A stretch of DNA of 64,000 nucleotides from the human T2T-CHM13v2.0 reference genome, Homo sapiens. This document shows, one piece after another, positions 1-15,559 of this stretch (the first letter of the stretch is position 1; each line of letters opens with the position of its first letter). A program made the position numbers and the translations under genes. The notes beneath the pieces are model-generated. The model did no database searches and was not told the origin of the DNA. It was given only the letters and a program-made list of their open reading frames with translations. The DNA is taken from NCBI RefSeq assembly GCF_009914755.1, contig NC_060932.1; one strand, given 5' to 3'.

Positions 1-622
1 CAAAAGTCAGTGAAGTGTCCAAATAATCTGTTTCCATTTGTGTAGTGTCTCAGAGAGAACACCATCTGGTATCCAGGAGAGTATATATCTATTGCACTGA
101 AAATATTCTTTTTATAATGCTTAACTCATCATATATCTAGAAAGCCTAGTGCCTAGGTTTTTGTTGTTGTTGTTTTGTTTGTTTGTTTGTTTTTTCAGTT
201 AGTTGGTTGGTTTTTCCTTATTGATCCAGTCCCTGGTTTTCTCTCTTCTATGAGAGGTAGGAAGGAAAACTGATATTTTTATCAATTTTACTTTACAACA
301 ATAATACAAAGACAAATTAACACACATTATAGTAAATTGAGTTCAAAACAAAAGTTGAACAAATACCTATTGTGTAACCTTTGAATCCAAAACTGCATAA
401 AATACTGGGAAATGTGAGGAAGATGTGCTATGTTCAAAAAGCAAATAGAAGATTTAGGGAGACAGACAGGAATTCAGGTAATTCCAATACTCTGTCACTG
501 CTGCTATGATAGAAATATGCACAGAATATTATAGCAAAATGGAGAAGACACTGTCTTAACCTAATCTGCAGGGACTTATGAAAGATTTCCTCTAGAAGAT
601 AATTCCTGAGTTTCATCTTTAA

Positions 623-1125
623 ACCTTTTCACATTTGACCTGAGAATACTTGCTGTTTGCACTTGTGGCTGCAGTGTTTACCCCGAGATAACTTTGCCAC
701 AAAATATCTCGCTTATATTATTATTTTCACATTGCTCTAGTATATCAACTTTGGAAAGAAAAGACATCATTCTATTTATAAAATTCTGTTTTTAGTGTTA
801 TTTCCATTCACAAAATGTAGTAATTCTCGATTGCTGAAAATGTCAAATCCTAGAAAATGTACCATTCCTATGCATGATGTTAACATCGTTCTCGAACCAT
901 TGTTGGCTGAAGATTGATTTGATGAATCTGATTTTTCCAAAATAGATGATTCTTATGACTCAGACTATTCTGATGTTATGTTTAGAAATAAACTCCAAGA
1001 ATAGTTTTTATATTTTATTTTCACATTGAAAATCAGTCAGATTTGCTTCAGCGTTAAAGAGTGTGTTTATGTAAAATTAAATGAGTGCTGGCAGAGAGCT
1101 GCACATTTTTTCTAAATGGGAAAAA
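623..1125 (+). mobile_element. MER75 (piggyBac-family MITE)
   Basis: Starts after TTAA (619-622) with accttttc...gagaatact...tttaccccgagataactttgccac and ends gcacattttttctaaatgggaaaa, matching the recalled MER75 consensus. The right terminal GGG/TTAA is degraded. Confidence 0.8.
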
Positions 1126-1901
1126 GAGGCTGAGTTTAACTGAACCAAGCAAATAAACAAAATGGTATGATTTGTAGCATAATTTTTGCCACAGAAATGG
1201 CATTATTTGAAGCATGATCTTTGAAACTTTATTTATACATGTATATTTGAATAGTCCAATATTTCTCATGTAGAAAATGTCATCGAGATGAATGTGGAGC
1301 CATGGAATGGAGAGAATAAAGTTGGATAGTTTCTTAGGGGTCAAATTGAAGGGTTTTGTGTGTCATGCTAACAGAGTACATTTTATTTTATGGATACATT
1401 TAAAAACAGAGATATAGTCAAATACTAACTTTAGTTATATTTCTATGTAGTAAAAATTCAAGGGGGTCTGGGAAAATAGGGAAACCAATTACTACAATAG
1501 TCAACAACTCACTACAATAGTCCTGGCAAAAGATGGCAAAAGTCTGAGACCCAACAATGACGGATGAGAAGGAACTAAGTAGAAAATAATTAGTAGGTTA
1601 GATTATAATAGGATGTTGATTAAATGAAGAAATTGAGAAAAAAGTCAGGAGGCAAGAATCATCTAAATTTTTCAGAATTGGGTGATGGGGGGGTAATTAT
1701 ACCACTAAATAAATTAGAAAGCCAATGATATTGTTCAATATTTAGATGTTTTGAATTAGAGTTAATTATGAGACATTAAATTATTGATATTTATGAAAAC
1801 TTTGAATTATGGTTTTGAGACCCTCAAATTTCTGGTTTTGAGACCCTTAAGAGACTAAAACTGAAAAGATATTTTAGGCAGTTATAAGCACAGAGAAGGC
1901 A

Positions 1902-2272
1902 CAAATGCTCCTCAACTTACCATGGGATTACATCCTGATAGTCATCGTAGGTTTGGAAATATTGTATGTTGAAAATTAATTTAATACACTTAACCTCCCA
2001 CACATAATAGCGTAGCCTAGCCTACCTTAAGTGTGCTCAAAACATTTATATTAGCCTGTAATTTGGCAAAATAATCTAACACAAGGGCTGTTTTATAATA
2101 AAGTGTTGAATATCTCATGTAATTCATTGAATGCTGAACTAAAAGTGCAAAACAGAATGGTTGTAAGTGTATTCAGAGTATGGATTCAACTGAATGTATA
2201 TCACTTTTGCACCATTGTAAGGTTAAAAATTCATAACATCAAGTTGAACCATCATAAGTTGGAGACCATCTG
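1902..2272 (+). mobile_element. Tigger4b (Zombi) DNA transposon relic
   Basis: Terminal inverted repeats caaatgctcctcaactta / taagttggagaccatctg; internal tagcctagcctaccttaa motif; ~370 bp. Confidence 0.8.
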
Positions 2273-2349
2273 CAGTTAGAACATTGGAAGGTTATTCTGG
2301 GATAGTTTAAGTATGTAAAGAGAAGTTAGCAACAGCAATATTTCTGGAG

Positions 2350-2495
2350 TTATCACTTTTTTATTATTGCTTATAAAACCATTCTATAACTTAATTAATT
2401 AAAACAAAAATGATGAGATACTTTTCAAAACCTTGTGGATTAACTAAAGGAATCCTTTGCTAGTCGTGCCTAGGCTCACTGATGTGGCTACACAT

Positions 2496-2528
<33 letters not shown>

Positions 2529-2842
2529 TTACAGATCACCTGGAGGCTCATCTCAGGTGACACACCTGGGCTGACTGGGCTCTATTTGTCTGCAGGCTTT
2601 TTTATCACGGGCTGCTTCTCACCATAGGAACCTTATGTCAATATTCCAAGAACATGAAGGCTGTCCCTCTAATGCATCTTGAGAACTGGGCTCCGGATCC
2701 CAACAGTGTCACTTCTACCACATTCTCTTGGTATAAGCAAAACCCAAGGGCAGTCCACATATGTGGATGGCTGGGCAGGGTCAGGGTAAGGAGAATCTAC
2801 CTCCTTTGGGAAGGAGCTGAACAATGTTGTTTAATCTACCAT
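2350..2842 (-). mobile_element. Old MaLR LTR (MLT1-type), degraded, containing (TA)n at ~2496-2523
   Basis: Motifs gtgtcacttctaccacattctcttgg and ttaatctacca are typical of MLT1 on the reverse strand. Confidence 0.5.
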
Positions 2843-3279
2843 CTCTGGGAAACTCAATATGTAAGGGCAAGATATAGAAAATCATGCTTAAAAAATAAGA
2901 CAATTATAATAACTGTAGAAAAATAATAAGTTACATCGTGGAAGCCAAAAGAAGAAAGAACACTAAAAAGAAGACGTTGGCTAACAGGATCAAATTTTGT
3001 TGAGAATGAAATTACCATTTGACCTAATGAATAGGTGTGCCTATTAGAATGAGTAAATTGAAGGTCATTTGTGATCATAATGAGAAAAGTTTTTGTGGCA
3101 GAGTAGGAATAAAATCCAGACTGCAGTTTACTGAAAAGTAAGTGAAAATAATAAATGGAAATAGTCATGTTAGGTTATTATCTCTGAAATTTTAGATGAG
3201 AAGGAAGTAGAGTGAGATTCAGAATCATGCAATTTTTTAATGGGAGTATATGAATATATCTACAGGCTTAGGACAAAGA

Positions 3280-3640
3280 GCCAATGGAGATATAAAGAGT
3301 GGAGAGAGACAGACATAGCAAGGAGACAGAGGCAGAAGCAGGGGAAGGGGTAGGGTTGCTGTGGGAGGAGAGAAAGTTGTGAGAACAAGGAGAGAGATGA
3401 GACAGAGACAGAGAGAAACACAGAGACAGAGAGATAGACAGACATGCACAAAGACAGAGACACAGAGAGAAACGAATTTAGAGATAAGGAGACACAGAAA
3501 ATAGATACAGGAACAGAAACAGGGACAAAGCCATAGAGAGAGATATAGGGAGATGTGGAGATGGAGGTATACACACCAAATCACAGGCTCAGAGAAAGTC
3601 AAAGATGGATTAGAGAGAAGCAGTACAGAAACTGACACAG
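3280..3640. repeat. GA-rich low-complexity / degenerate (GAGACA)n tract
   Basis: Strong purine bias with repeated gagacagaga units; explains the Leu/Ser/Val/Cys-rich minus-strand ORFs. Confidence 0.85.
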
Positions 3641-3859
3641 AGGATAAGAATAAATGTTCAATAACAAAGTTGAAGGAATAGGGCATGGTCAGGACCAAGG
3701 ATCAAATGCCTGAGACTGGAAAGTTATTAGAATGAGTGTTAATACATATAAGTCTATAATAAGTTGAGGGAAATAAATGAGGAATCCAACTGTGGTTGTC
3801 TCAATATCTTACAGGAGAGGAAATCTTTCAGCTGAAAGGAAACGTTGAAGATGTATTAG

Positions 3860-4037
3860 AGCCGTGGTTTCAACCATAGGCGCAGGTTAGAATCAACTGG
3901 GAATTTTTTTTATTTTTACATACCATTGCCTAGCCAACCCTCAGGGATTTTTCTTTAATGACTCCTGTGTGAACCTGAGCATTAGAAAATAAATCTCTTT
4001 AGGTGACTCAAAACTACAGGTAGGCTTAACAACCCCT
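3860..4037. mobile_element. MER5-like hAT-Charlie fragment
   Basis: gtggtttcaac...gttagaatcaactggg...ggtgactc...aacaacccct layout; similar fragments at ~5350-5700 and ~6150-6285. Confidence 0.5.
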
Positions 4038-5705
4038 AGGGCCTTGATGATAGCAAAAAACTTTTAAAATCGTTCTTGTGGATAATATTCTGGGGAGCAG
4101 ACCATGAACGAGTGAAAGGATAATGGGTGCACTGACAGCCCTATGAAGATTAGACCCCTCAATAGACAAGGGCACTACTCCCGCTGGTCGTATGAGTGTC
4201 TATGTTAGCACTCAAGCTGCCCAACCAGAGAGGGAAGAGGATTGTAGGATTTCCTAGGAATGGCGAAGCCTAATGGGATGGAATAGAGGAGTTTGCTGAA
4301 ACATTAGTGCCAGTGAAAATCAATGATACGGGCTAGTTAGGGAAGGAAGCCAGATGGACTGGAAGAAAAAAAAAATCATGAAACTGTAAGTATAAAGTCA
4401 AAGGACAGTTACAGTAAAGGCATGTTTAAGGTAACTATCCAGAAACTTGGGCCTAACGATGGTTTACGGTGTTTAGAAATATCTAAAACGGGACAGCCCT
4501 TGGTTCAGGGTGTGGAATAGATGGATAATGTGAAATGGAGGCGAGATCACCTGAAATTAAAGAGATTAAGCTACTGTGCAACCACAGTGCTGCAGAGGTA
4601 CTGACATTAAAGATAAAGTCACTCAGGATAGTTTTTGTAGAAAATTATCTTTCTTCTTGTGCATCAAATAAGAGGGGGATCAAATAATAAGAAATAAGAA
4701 AATACGAGAATGTAGATGAGTTAAGCCACTTGTTTAAGGTCATGCAACTAGATGTATTGCACCTAGATCAGGGCCTGGTACATAACAAGCATAACAAGCT
4801 AATAGTTATTCATTGCTTGTTATCAGCAATAGCTAATAGTTATTCAGTGTTTGCTATGTATTAGGCCCTGATCTAGGTGCAATTACTATTGCTATTGCTA
4901 TTGCTATTATTATCATTAAGAAACAGAGGCAACAGTTAAGAGTATTCAACTCAAAGGTATGTGTCTTTTTTTCAAATATACCAAGAAGTTTCCTTTTCTG
5001 CCTTACAATTATCCCCCAATCCCCACTAGTTCCCTGTAAGTGATAAAATTCTACTTTAAACTCAGGAAGTTGGCTGAAGTTGCTAACGTGAGAAACCTTG
5101 TCTGTATCATTAAAACACTCTTACACACAAACCTCTCAGATTAATAGAGGTTGGTAAATGCTCCACTCTCCCCAGGGAGCCCTTTCTGGCTACCATTTCA
5201 GAAATTACCACTGTCAACCCCAATGACCTCAGGAAGGCACTGCTTTTAGCATTTCCATTTGGGTGAATACAGTCGGACTAGAATATTTAAACATTTTCTA
5301 TAAACTCTGGGGAATATCTTAATTCACATCAAAGAGTAGCATGCACATTCAGTGGTTCGCAAGCCTGGTGTGCATCAGGATCTTGGGTAGATCTGAATCC
5401 TAACATTAGTGAAGACTTCTAAGCTTATTTCCAATAAGCTCCTCAGGAAAGCAGATCCTTACGCATTTAGCTTGGCTGTGGTCTGAAGATCAACTTGGGA
5501 AAAAACTGCATTAACTCCATATTTTGCAAACTTTCTAATCTTAAGAACCACCTGAGGGAATTACTAATCATAAAAAAAATTCTGGGCGTTTTCTCTAAAG
5601 AATATTATTTGGCACATATGAAATTGGATGTGGGAATCTATATTTACATGAGCCTCCACATGATTTTTATAAGAAATAAAGTTTGGGAAATTCTGCATTA
5701 ACTAA

Positions 5706-6072
5706 TTCTATGGACTGAATATTTGTGTCTCTCTCAAATTTATATGTTAAAATTTGAATCGCCAAGATCATGGTATTAGGAGGTGGGACTTTTGGAAGAT
5801 GATTAGGTCATGAAGATGGATCCCTTATGAATAGGATTAATGCCCTTATAAAAGAAGCCTGAGAAAGACCCCTCACACTTTCTACCATGTGAAGACACAG
5901 GAGGAAGGTGCCATCGATGACCTAGAAAGCAGGCCTTTGCCAGACACTGAATCTGCCAGCACATGGGGCTTGGACTTCCTGGACTCCAGAACTCTGAAAA
6001 ACAAATTTCTGTTACTTATAAGCTACCCAGTTGATGGTATTTGGGTAATAACAGCCCAAATGGACTAAGAAA
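5706..6072 (+). mobile_element. MLT1A/MLT1A0 MaLR solo LTR
   Basis: Termini ctatggactgaat and ggactaaga, cccttataaaaga motif, 5-bp TSD ACTAA (5701-5705, 6073-6077). Confidence 0.85.
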
Positions 6073-8888
6073 ACTAACCTGGCTCAATAGATTCTCATTC
6101 TCCCCAGTCAGTAAAATTTCAGGTTTCCTAGAGCCTTGTTCCCCTAGGTGAGGAGCCACAGCATTGACTTAATCTGGAAGATTTTAGAAGTTCAGAATCT
6201 TGGACCTAACCCCAAACTAGTGAATATGAATCTTCATTTTACCAAAAACACTAAAGAATTACAGGTTAAAAATTTGAGACCCTCTGCCTCAAGAGTTCCC
6301 TTTCTTCTCACTCCCAGTCAATCTTAATTTGGAAGAGGCCATCTTTCCTTTTTACTGGGGAGCATTTCCTGATTCCTGTTAGCTCTTTTTCAACAGGAAT
6401 TGATCAAGCAAGAGTCTTATAACATTTAGTAGTTCATCTCAGGTAGGCCATTTCTAACTCAACTCCCCAGTTCACAAAAGCTGAGAATCAAGCCTGACCC
6501 ATGGCCTTGGATGATTTTTCTCCTGTGTCACCAACTCCCCTGGAGAGAAAATAGAATTAGTACCACTGGGAAACCACAGAAAAATATATTCCAATCAATA
6601 TTAGAAACAATCAAACTAAGAATCAGAGGTAGCCATGGATGTCAAAAAAACAGATATCAATGAGTAACTGTGAGTTGCATTTCACAAGAAGCTTCCAAGA
6701 AAGTGCTGGAAGACTATCTGACAGAATGCTTAAAAAAAAAAAAAAATCCAGAACCTAATGCAAGATTATGATTTCTTACTTTTAATACCCCTCTCAGTCA
6801 TTTTTCTATTCTTACAAACATTAATAGGTAACATTTGTCATGTCCTAGAAAACAGAATGAGATTATCCTTTATATGAGCACTTTCCAAATTGTATTCTAC
6901 ATTTAATTTTATGTAATGTTATGTTTTTAAAGTACGCAAATAAATAAGTTTGAGGATCAGTCAGTGAACTATCATCATACTTCTTAGAGCCTTTTTAATA
7001 CATTAATGTTCTCTGTGGCCACCTCCCACCCCCAGATGAATAGGGAGAAAGCAGGGATTTTAACAATGCTTGACCATGGATTGCTTTTTTTTTTTTTTTT
7101 TCACAGAAACTCTCATAGCAGTACATACAATTTGAAAAATGAAAATATATAAATAAGTCCTCAAAAGCATCAAATCTACATACAAATTGTATTGTTTTCC
7201 TACCTAGCAGAACATCTATATATTCTGCCACCTTGCATGGGAAAATGATCCTGCGAATAAACATACGTCATCACCACCATGTAGTATGTGCCATTTTAAC
7301 TTTCACTTTTTTCAAAATATAAAGTACTACAGTAGTATTAATAACCTTAGTATTTATTTACCCAAATTTCACTACATTTAACATGCTTAAAATACTGGAA
7401 AACAATATAATATTGGAATTTTCTTCCCTTATACTTAAAAACTGGAATAATGATAAGTATACATGTTTTTAGTTGTAGCTAGAAATTTTAAAACAATTAT
7501 CAAAACCATAGAAAAAATGCGTTTTAAACTTAGGTAATCTTCCTGGAAATAGATAATTGGACCGCGTTCATTTGAAAAATCTGACACTTTCCCAAATGTA
7601 CTGTCGGTAATAGTAACTCAACATAAGGTCTCTGGAAAAGCTCAGATTACCTCACTGAGCTCCAATTGTGCATGTACAAACTTGGAAATACACACACATA
7701 CACCCATACGCATGATAACCTGATATAGTGTTCCCAATACAATCATGTAGGCTGTCCTAATGATAGATGTTGATCATTGCACAATTGCATCAGCAGCAGC
7801 CATTGGAATCAATTATTGAGATGACTAAAATAGTCATGTTGGCTTTACTGTCTTCTGGTCATTTTGTGTTTATAGCTCAGCCTTTGCAAAGTCATTTTAA
7901 ATGGATGTGAAATAGGAGCATTTCTTCAATCAGCCTTCATGACAACTGGTTCCATGGCCCCTACTGATGCAATAAAATTATTGTCATTTTTCCCTTTGCA
8001 GCTCAAGAATGGAATAAAACATGCTACATAAACATTTTTATATTGTCATGATTTATCATCCAGAAAAAAAGGAGATTTTAATACTACTTTGAAGGAGATG
8101 GGGAACTGCCAAGGTAAATAGAAATGTCATTATGCTGAATTGTGAGCTCTTTTGGTGTTTTTCAATCCATAAGTTACAGAGTGAATATATACTTTAAATA
8201 GTTCTAATGTAAAATGAAAATGTACAATTTTGAATGACCAACACACTTCATTTTAAAAAATCAATTTTGAAGTTGAAACAAGGTACCAGAAATAAATTTT
8301 AGAAATTCCTTTAAAAATAATCACTAAAACAATTTCAATAGTAAAATATCAATTTATAAATTTATTTTGATAACATTAGAATGCTTGATAACTCTTCTGT
8401 CCAGCTTTCTAGAAACAGGGTTATAGATCAAATAACTGGAAGTAAATGAAGGTTACAGTTACATCTGAGAATATATCCTGTTTATGAGACCAAGGTTTGG
8501 CATATAGAGTTATGGTGTCTGTATATAAACTATGCACATTAAAATAATTTTATCTTTTAATATTCATATCTGTGGCATGGATCTAACCATTTTAATTACC
8601 CAGAGATAAAATTAAGTCTGCACAATATCAGTAGCCTGAAAATAAACTAAGCCATTTTTCTTCTACATTTTCTTTTTTTTATTATTATACTTTAAGTTTT
8701 AGGGTACATGTGCACAATGTTCAGGTTAGTTACATATGTATACATGTGACATGCTGGTGTGCTGCACCCATTAACTCGTCATTTAGCATTAGGTATATCT
8801 CCTAATGCTATCTGTCCCCCCTCCGCCCACCCCATAACAGTCCCCAGAGTGTGATGTTCCCCTTCCTGTGTCCGTGTGTTCACATTGT

Positions 8889-12731
<3,843 letters not shown>

Positions 12732-12779
12732 TTATTTTGCTCGTTAGTTGATGCAGTTTCTTCCTAGTCTCGATGGTCT

Positions 12780-13760
12780 TTACATTTTGACATGATTTTG
12801 CAGTGGCTGGTACCGGTTGTGCCTTTCCATGTTTAGTGCTTCCTTCAGGAGTTCTTTTAGGGCAGGCCTGGTGGTGACAAAATCTCTCAGCATTTGCTTG
12901 TCTGTAAAGTATTTTATTTCTCCTTCACATATGAAGCTTAGTTTGGCTGGATATGAAATTCTGGGTTGAAAATTCTTTTCTTTAAGAATGTTGAATATTG
13001 GCCCCCACTCTCTTCTGGCTTGTAGAGTTTCTGCCGAAAGATCCACTGTTAGTCTGATAGGCTTCCCTTTGTGGGTAACCCGACCTTTCTCTCTGGCTGC
13101 CCTTAACATTTTTTCCTTCATTTCCACTTTGGTAAATCTGACAATTATGTGTCTTGGAGTTGCCCTTCTCGAGGAGTATCTTTCTAGCGTTCTCTGTATT
13201 TCCTGAAAGTTCTCCTGGATAATATCCTGCAGAGTGTTTTCCAACTTGGTTCCATTCTCCCCGTCACTTTCAGGTACACCAATCAGACGCAGATTTGGTC
13301 TTTTCACATTGTCCCATATTTCTTGGAGGCTTTGTTCGTTTCTTTTTATTCTTTTTTCTCTAAACTTCCCTTCTTGCTTCATTTCATTCATTTCATCTTC
13401 CATCACTGATACCCTTTCTTTCAGATGATCGCATTGGCTCCTGAGGCTTCTGCATTCTTCACGTAGTTCTCGAGCCTTTACTTTCAGCTCCATCAGCTCC
13501 TTTAAGCACTTCTCTGTATTGGTTATTCTAGTTATACATTCATCTAAATTTTTTTCAAAGTTTTCAACTTCTTTGCCTTTGGTTTGAATTTCCTCCTGTA
13601 GCTCAGAGTAGTTTGATCGTCTGAAGCCTTCTCTCAACTTGTCAAAGTCATTCTCCGTCCAGCTTTGTTCCTTTGTTAGTGAGTAACTGTGTTCCTTTGG
13701 AGGAGGAGAGGCACTCTGCTTTTTAGAGTTTCCAGTTTTTGTGCTCTGGTTTTTCCCCAT
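12780..13760 (-). CDS. L1 ORF1p, open but 326 aa (12 aa shorter than canonical 338 aa)
   Basis: Coiled-coil/RRM/CTD sequence with REKG, ARR and YPAKLS motifs intact; an 11-aa in-frame deletion after QENF and a 1-aa deletion in LREEG. Confidence 0.9.
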   Translation of the reverse strand: MGKNQSTKTGNSKKQSASPPPKEHSYSLTKEQSWTENDFDKLREGFRRSNYSELQEEIQTKGKEVENFEKNLDECITRITNTEKCLKELMELKVKARELREECRSLRSQCDHLKERVSVMEDEMNEMKQEGKFREKRIKRNEQSLQEIWDNVKRPNLRLIGVPESDGENGTKLENTLQDIIQENFQEIQRTLERYSSRRATPRHIIVRFTKVEMKEKMLRAAREKGRVTHKGKPIRLTVDLSAETLQARREWGPIFNILKEKNFQPRISYPAKLSFICEGEIKYFTDKQMLRDFVTTRPALKELLKEALNMERHNRYQPLQNHVKM

Positions 13761-14667
13761 CTTTGTGGTTTTATCTACTTTTGGTCTTTGATGATGGTTA
13801 TGTACAGATGGGTTTTTGGTGTGTATGTCCTTTCTGTTTGTTAGTTTTCCTTCTAACAGACAGGACCCTCAGCTGCAGGTCTGTTGGAGTACCCTGCCGT
13901 GTGAGGTGTCAGTCTGCCCCTGCTGGGGGGTGCCTCCCAGTTAGGCTGCTCGGGGGTCAGGGGACAGGGACCCACTTGAGGAGGCAGTCTGCCCGTTCTC
14001 AGATCTCCAGCTGCATGCTGGGAGAACCACTGCTCTCTTCAAAGCTGTCAGACAGGGACATTTAAGTCTGCAGAGGTTACTGCTGTCTTTTTGTTTGTCT
14101 GTGCCCTGCTCCCAGAGGTGGAGCCTAGAGAGGCAGGCAGGCCTCCTTGAGCTGTGGTGGGCTCCACCCAGTTCGAGCTTCCTGGCTGCTTTGTTTACCT
14201 AAGCAAGCCTGGGCAATGGCGGGTGCCACTCCCCCAGCCTTGCTGCTGCCTTGCAGTTTGATCTCAGACTGCTGTGCTAGCAATCAGTGAGACTCCGTGG
14301 GCATAGGACCCTCCGAGCCACGTGTGGGGTATAATCTCATGGTGCGCCGTTTCCTAAGCCCGTCGGAAAAGCGCAGTATTGGGGTGGGAGAGGCCCGATT
14401 TTCCAGGTGCCGTCTGTCACCCCTTTTCTTGACCAGGAAAGGGAACTCCCTGACCCCTTGCGCTTCCCGAGTGAGGCAATGCCTCGCCCTGCTTCGGCTG
14501 GCGCACGGTGCGCTGCACCCACTGTCCTGCGCCCACTCTCTGGCACTCCCTAGTGAGATGAACCCGGTACCTCAGATGGAAATGCAGAAATCACCCCTCT
14601 TCTGCGTCGTTCTCGCTGGGAGCTGTAGACCAGAGCTGTTCCTATTTGGCCATCTTGGCTTCTCCCC
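13761..14667 (-). promoter_or_regulatory. L1 5'UTR internal sense promoter and antisense promoter region
   Basis: Position upstream of ORF1, intact YY1 core CAAGATGGC, and locally high CpG/GC content. Activity cannot be read from sequence. Confidence 0.7.
14216..14430 (+). pseudogene. L1 antisense ORF0 remnant
   Basis: ATG at 14216 reads MAGATPPALLLPCSLISDCCASNQ* (TGA 14288-14290). The same frame resumes as GPSEPRVGYNLMVRRFLS, matching primate ORF0. Confidence 0.8.
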
Positions 14668-14794
14668 TCTTCCATATGTTTTTTTCCTCCCATATCTGGT
14701 GCCCCAAACTGCATTAATATTCACATTAAATTGTAATTATTACTCTGAGATTTTTCTTGTTACCTCAGGTTCAATCTTACGTTTCTCAGCAGAG

Positions 14795-15030
14795 GCACTG
14801 TCAGTATAGCATAGTGAAAAGAGTGTGGCTTTTGAGCTAAATAGCCCCAGTTTTGAATCTTAACACTCCCAGGTATTCTTCTTCCATTAACAGGTAACTT
14901 TATTCTGCCAAATCCCAGTTTCTTTATTTGTAACATAATAATAATAAGTGCCCCACTAGCCAGATTGTTTAGGGAATAAAGTTAGCAATGTACATGCACC
15001 ACCTTGCACATATGAAGTGCTTAAATGTAG
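14795..15030 (+). mobile_element. MIR SINE (degraded)
   Basis: gtatagcatagtgaaaagagtgtggcttt...agtttctttatttgtaa core. Other MIR-like copies at ~4690-4930, 17860-18070, 22255-22450, 40740-40935, 45990-46160 and 61420-61630. Confidence 0.65.
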
Positions 15031-15559
15031 AGGTTATTGCTCTTAGGGTGATTTTATTATTTCTTTTCTTTACTTAATTACTTTTGAACTATCTTTTATT
15101 TATAATTATATTGTTTTAATTTTTGAAGAGTCTTTCTAAGCAACTTTGGTGAAGTTTTTAAGAAACCAATATGAACTTGTCGTCTTTCTAATAAAATAAA
15201 TTTATGATTTAAAATTACTAGCATAGTTGAACTAACTGACCTAGCTCCTGCCACTGTGTCTTATTATTCATATATCATAATTTTTCTATTTTATTATATA
15301 TGATCTAAAAGATGGAATAAGATTTCTTTGTTTTTTTGTTCTCTGTGTTCTAAATCCCATTTATTTAAAATTACTTTTCATTATTACCCAGTTTTCAAAA
15401 ACACTCTTTAAGTAATGGATTTATAACCATAGATATAGAATATCACCAAATAAAATATTAGTGTATGAAAACTAGATTGTATTCCAGGAAAGAAGGAGAG
15501 GTCTGCTTTTGGAAATCAATATCATATGTCACTATTTTATTGTTTTAAGGAAATGAAAA

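Noticed and set aside
3237-3698. 153-aa and 104-aa hydrophobic minus-strand ORFs
   Set aside because: They are translations of a CT/GA low-complexity tract that lacks stops for compositional reasons.
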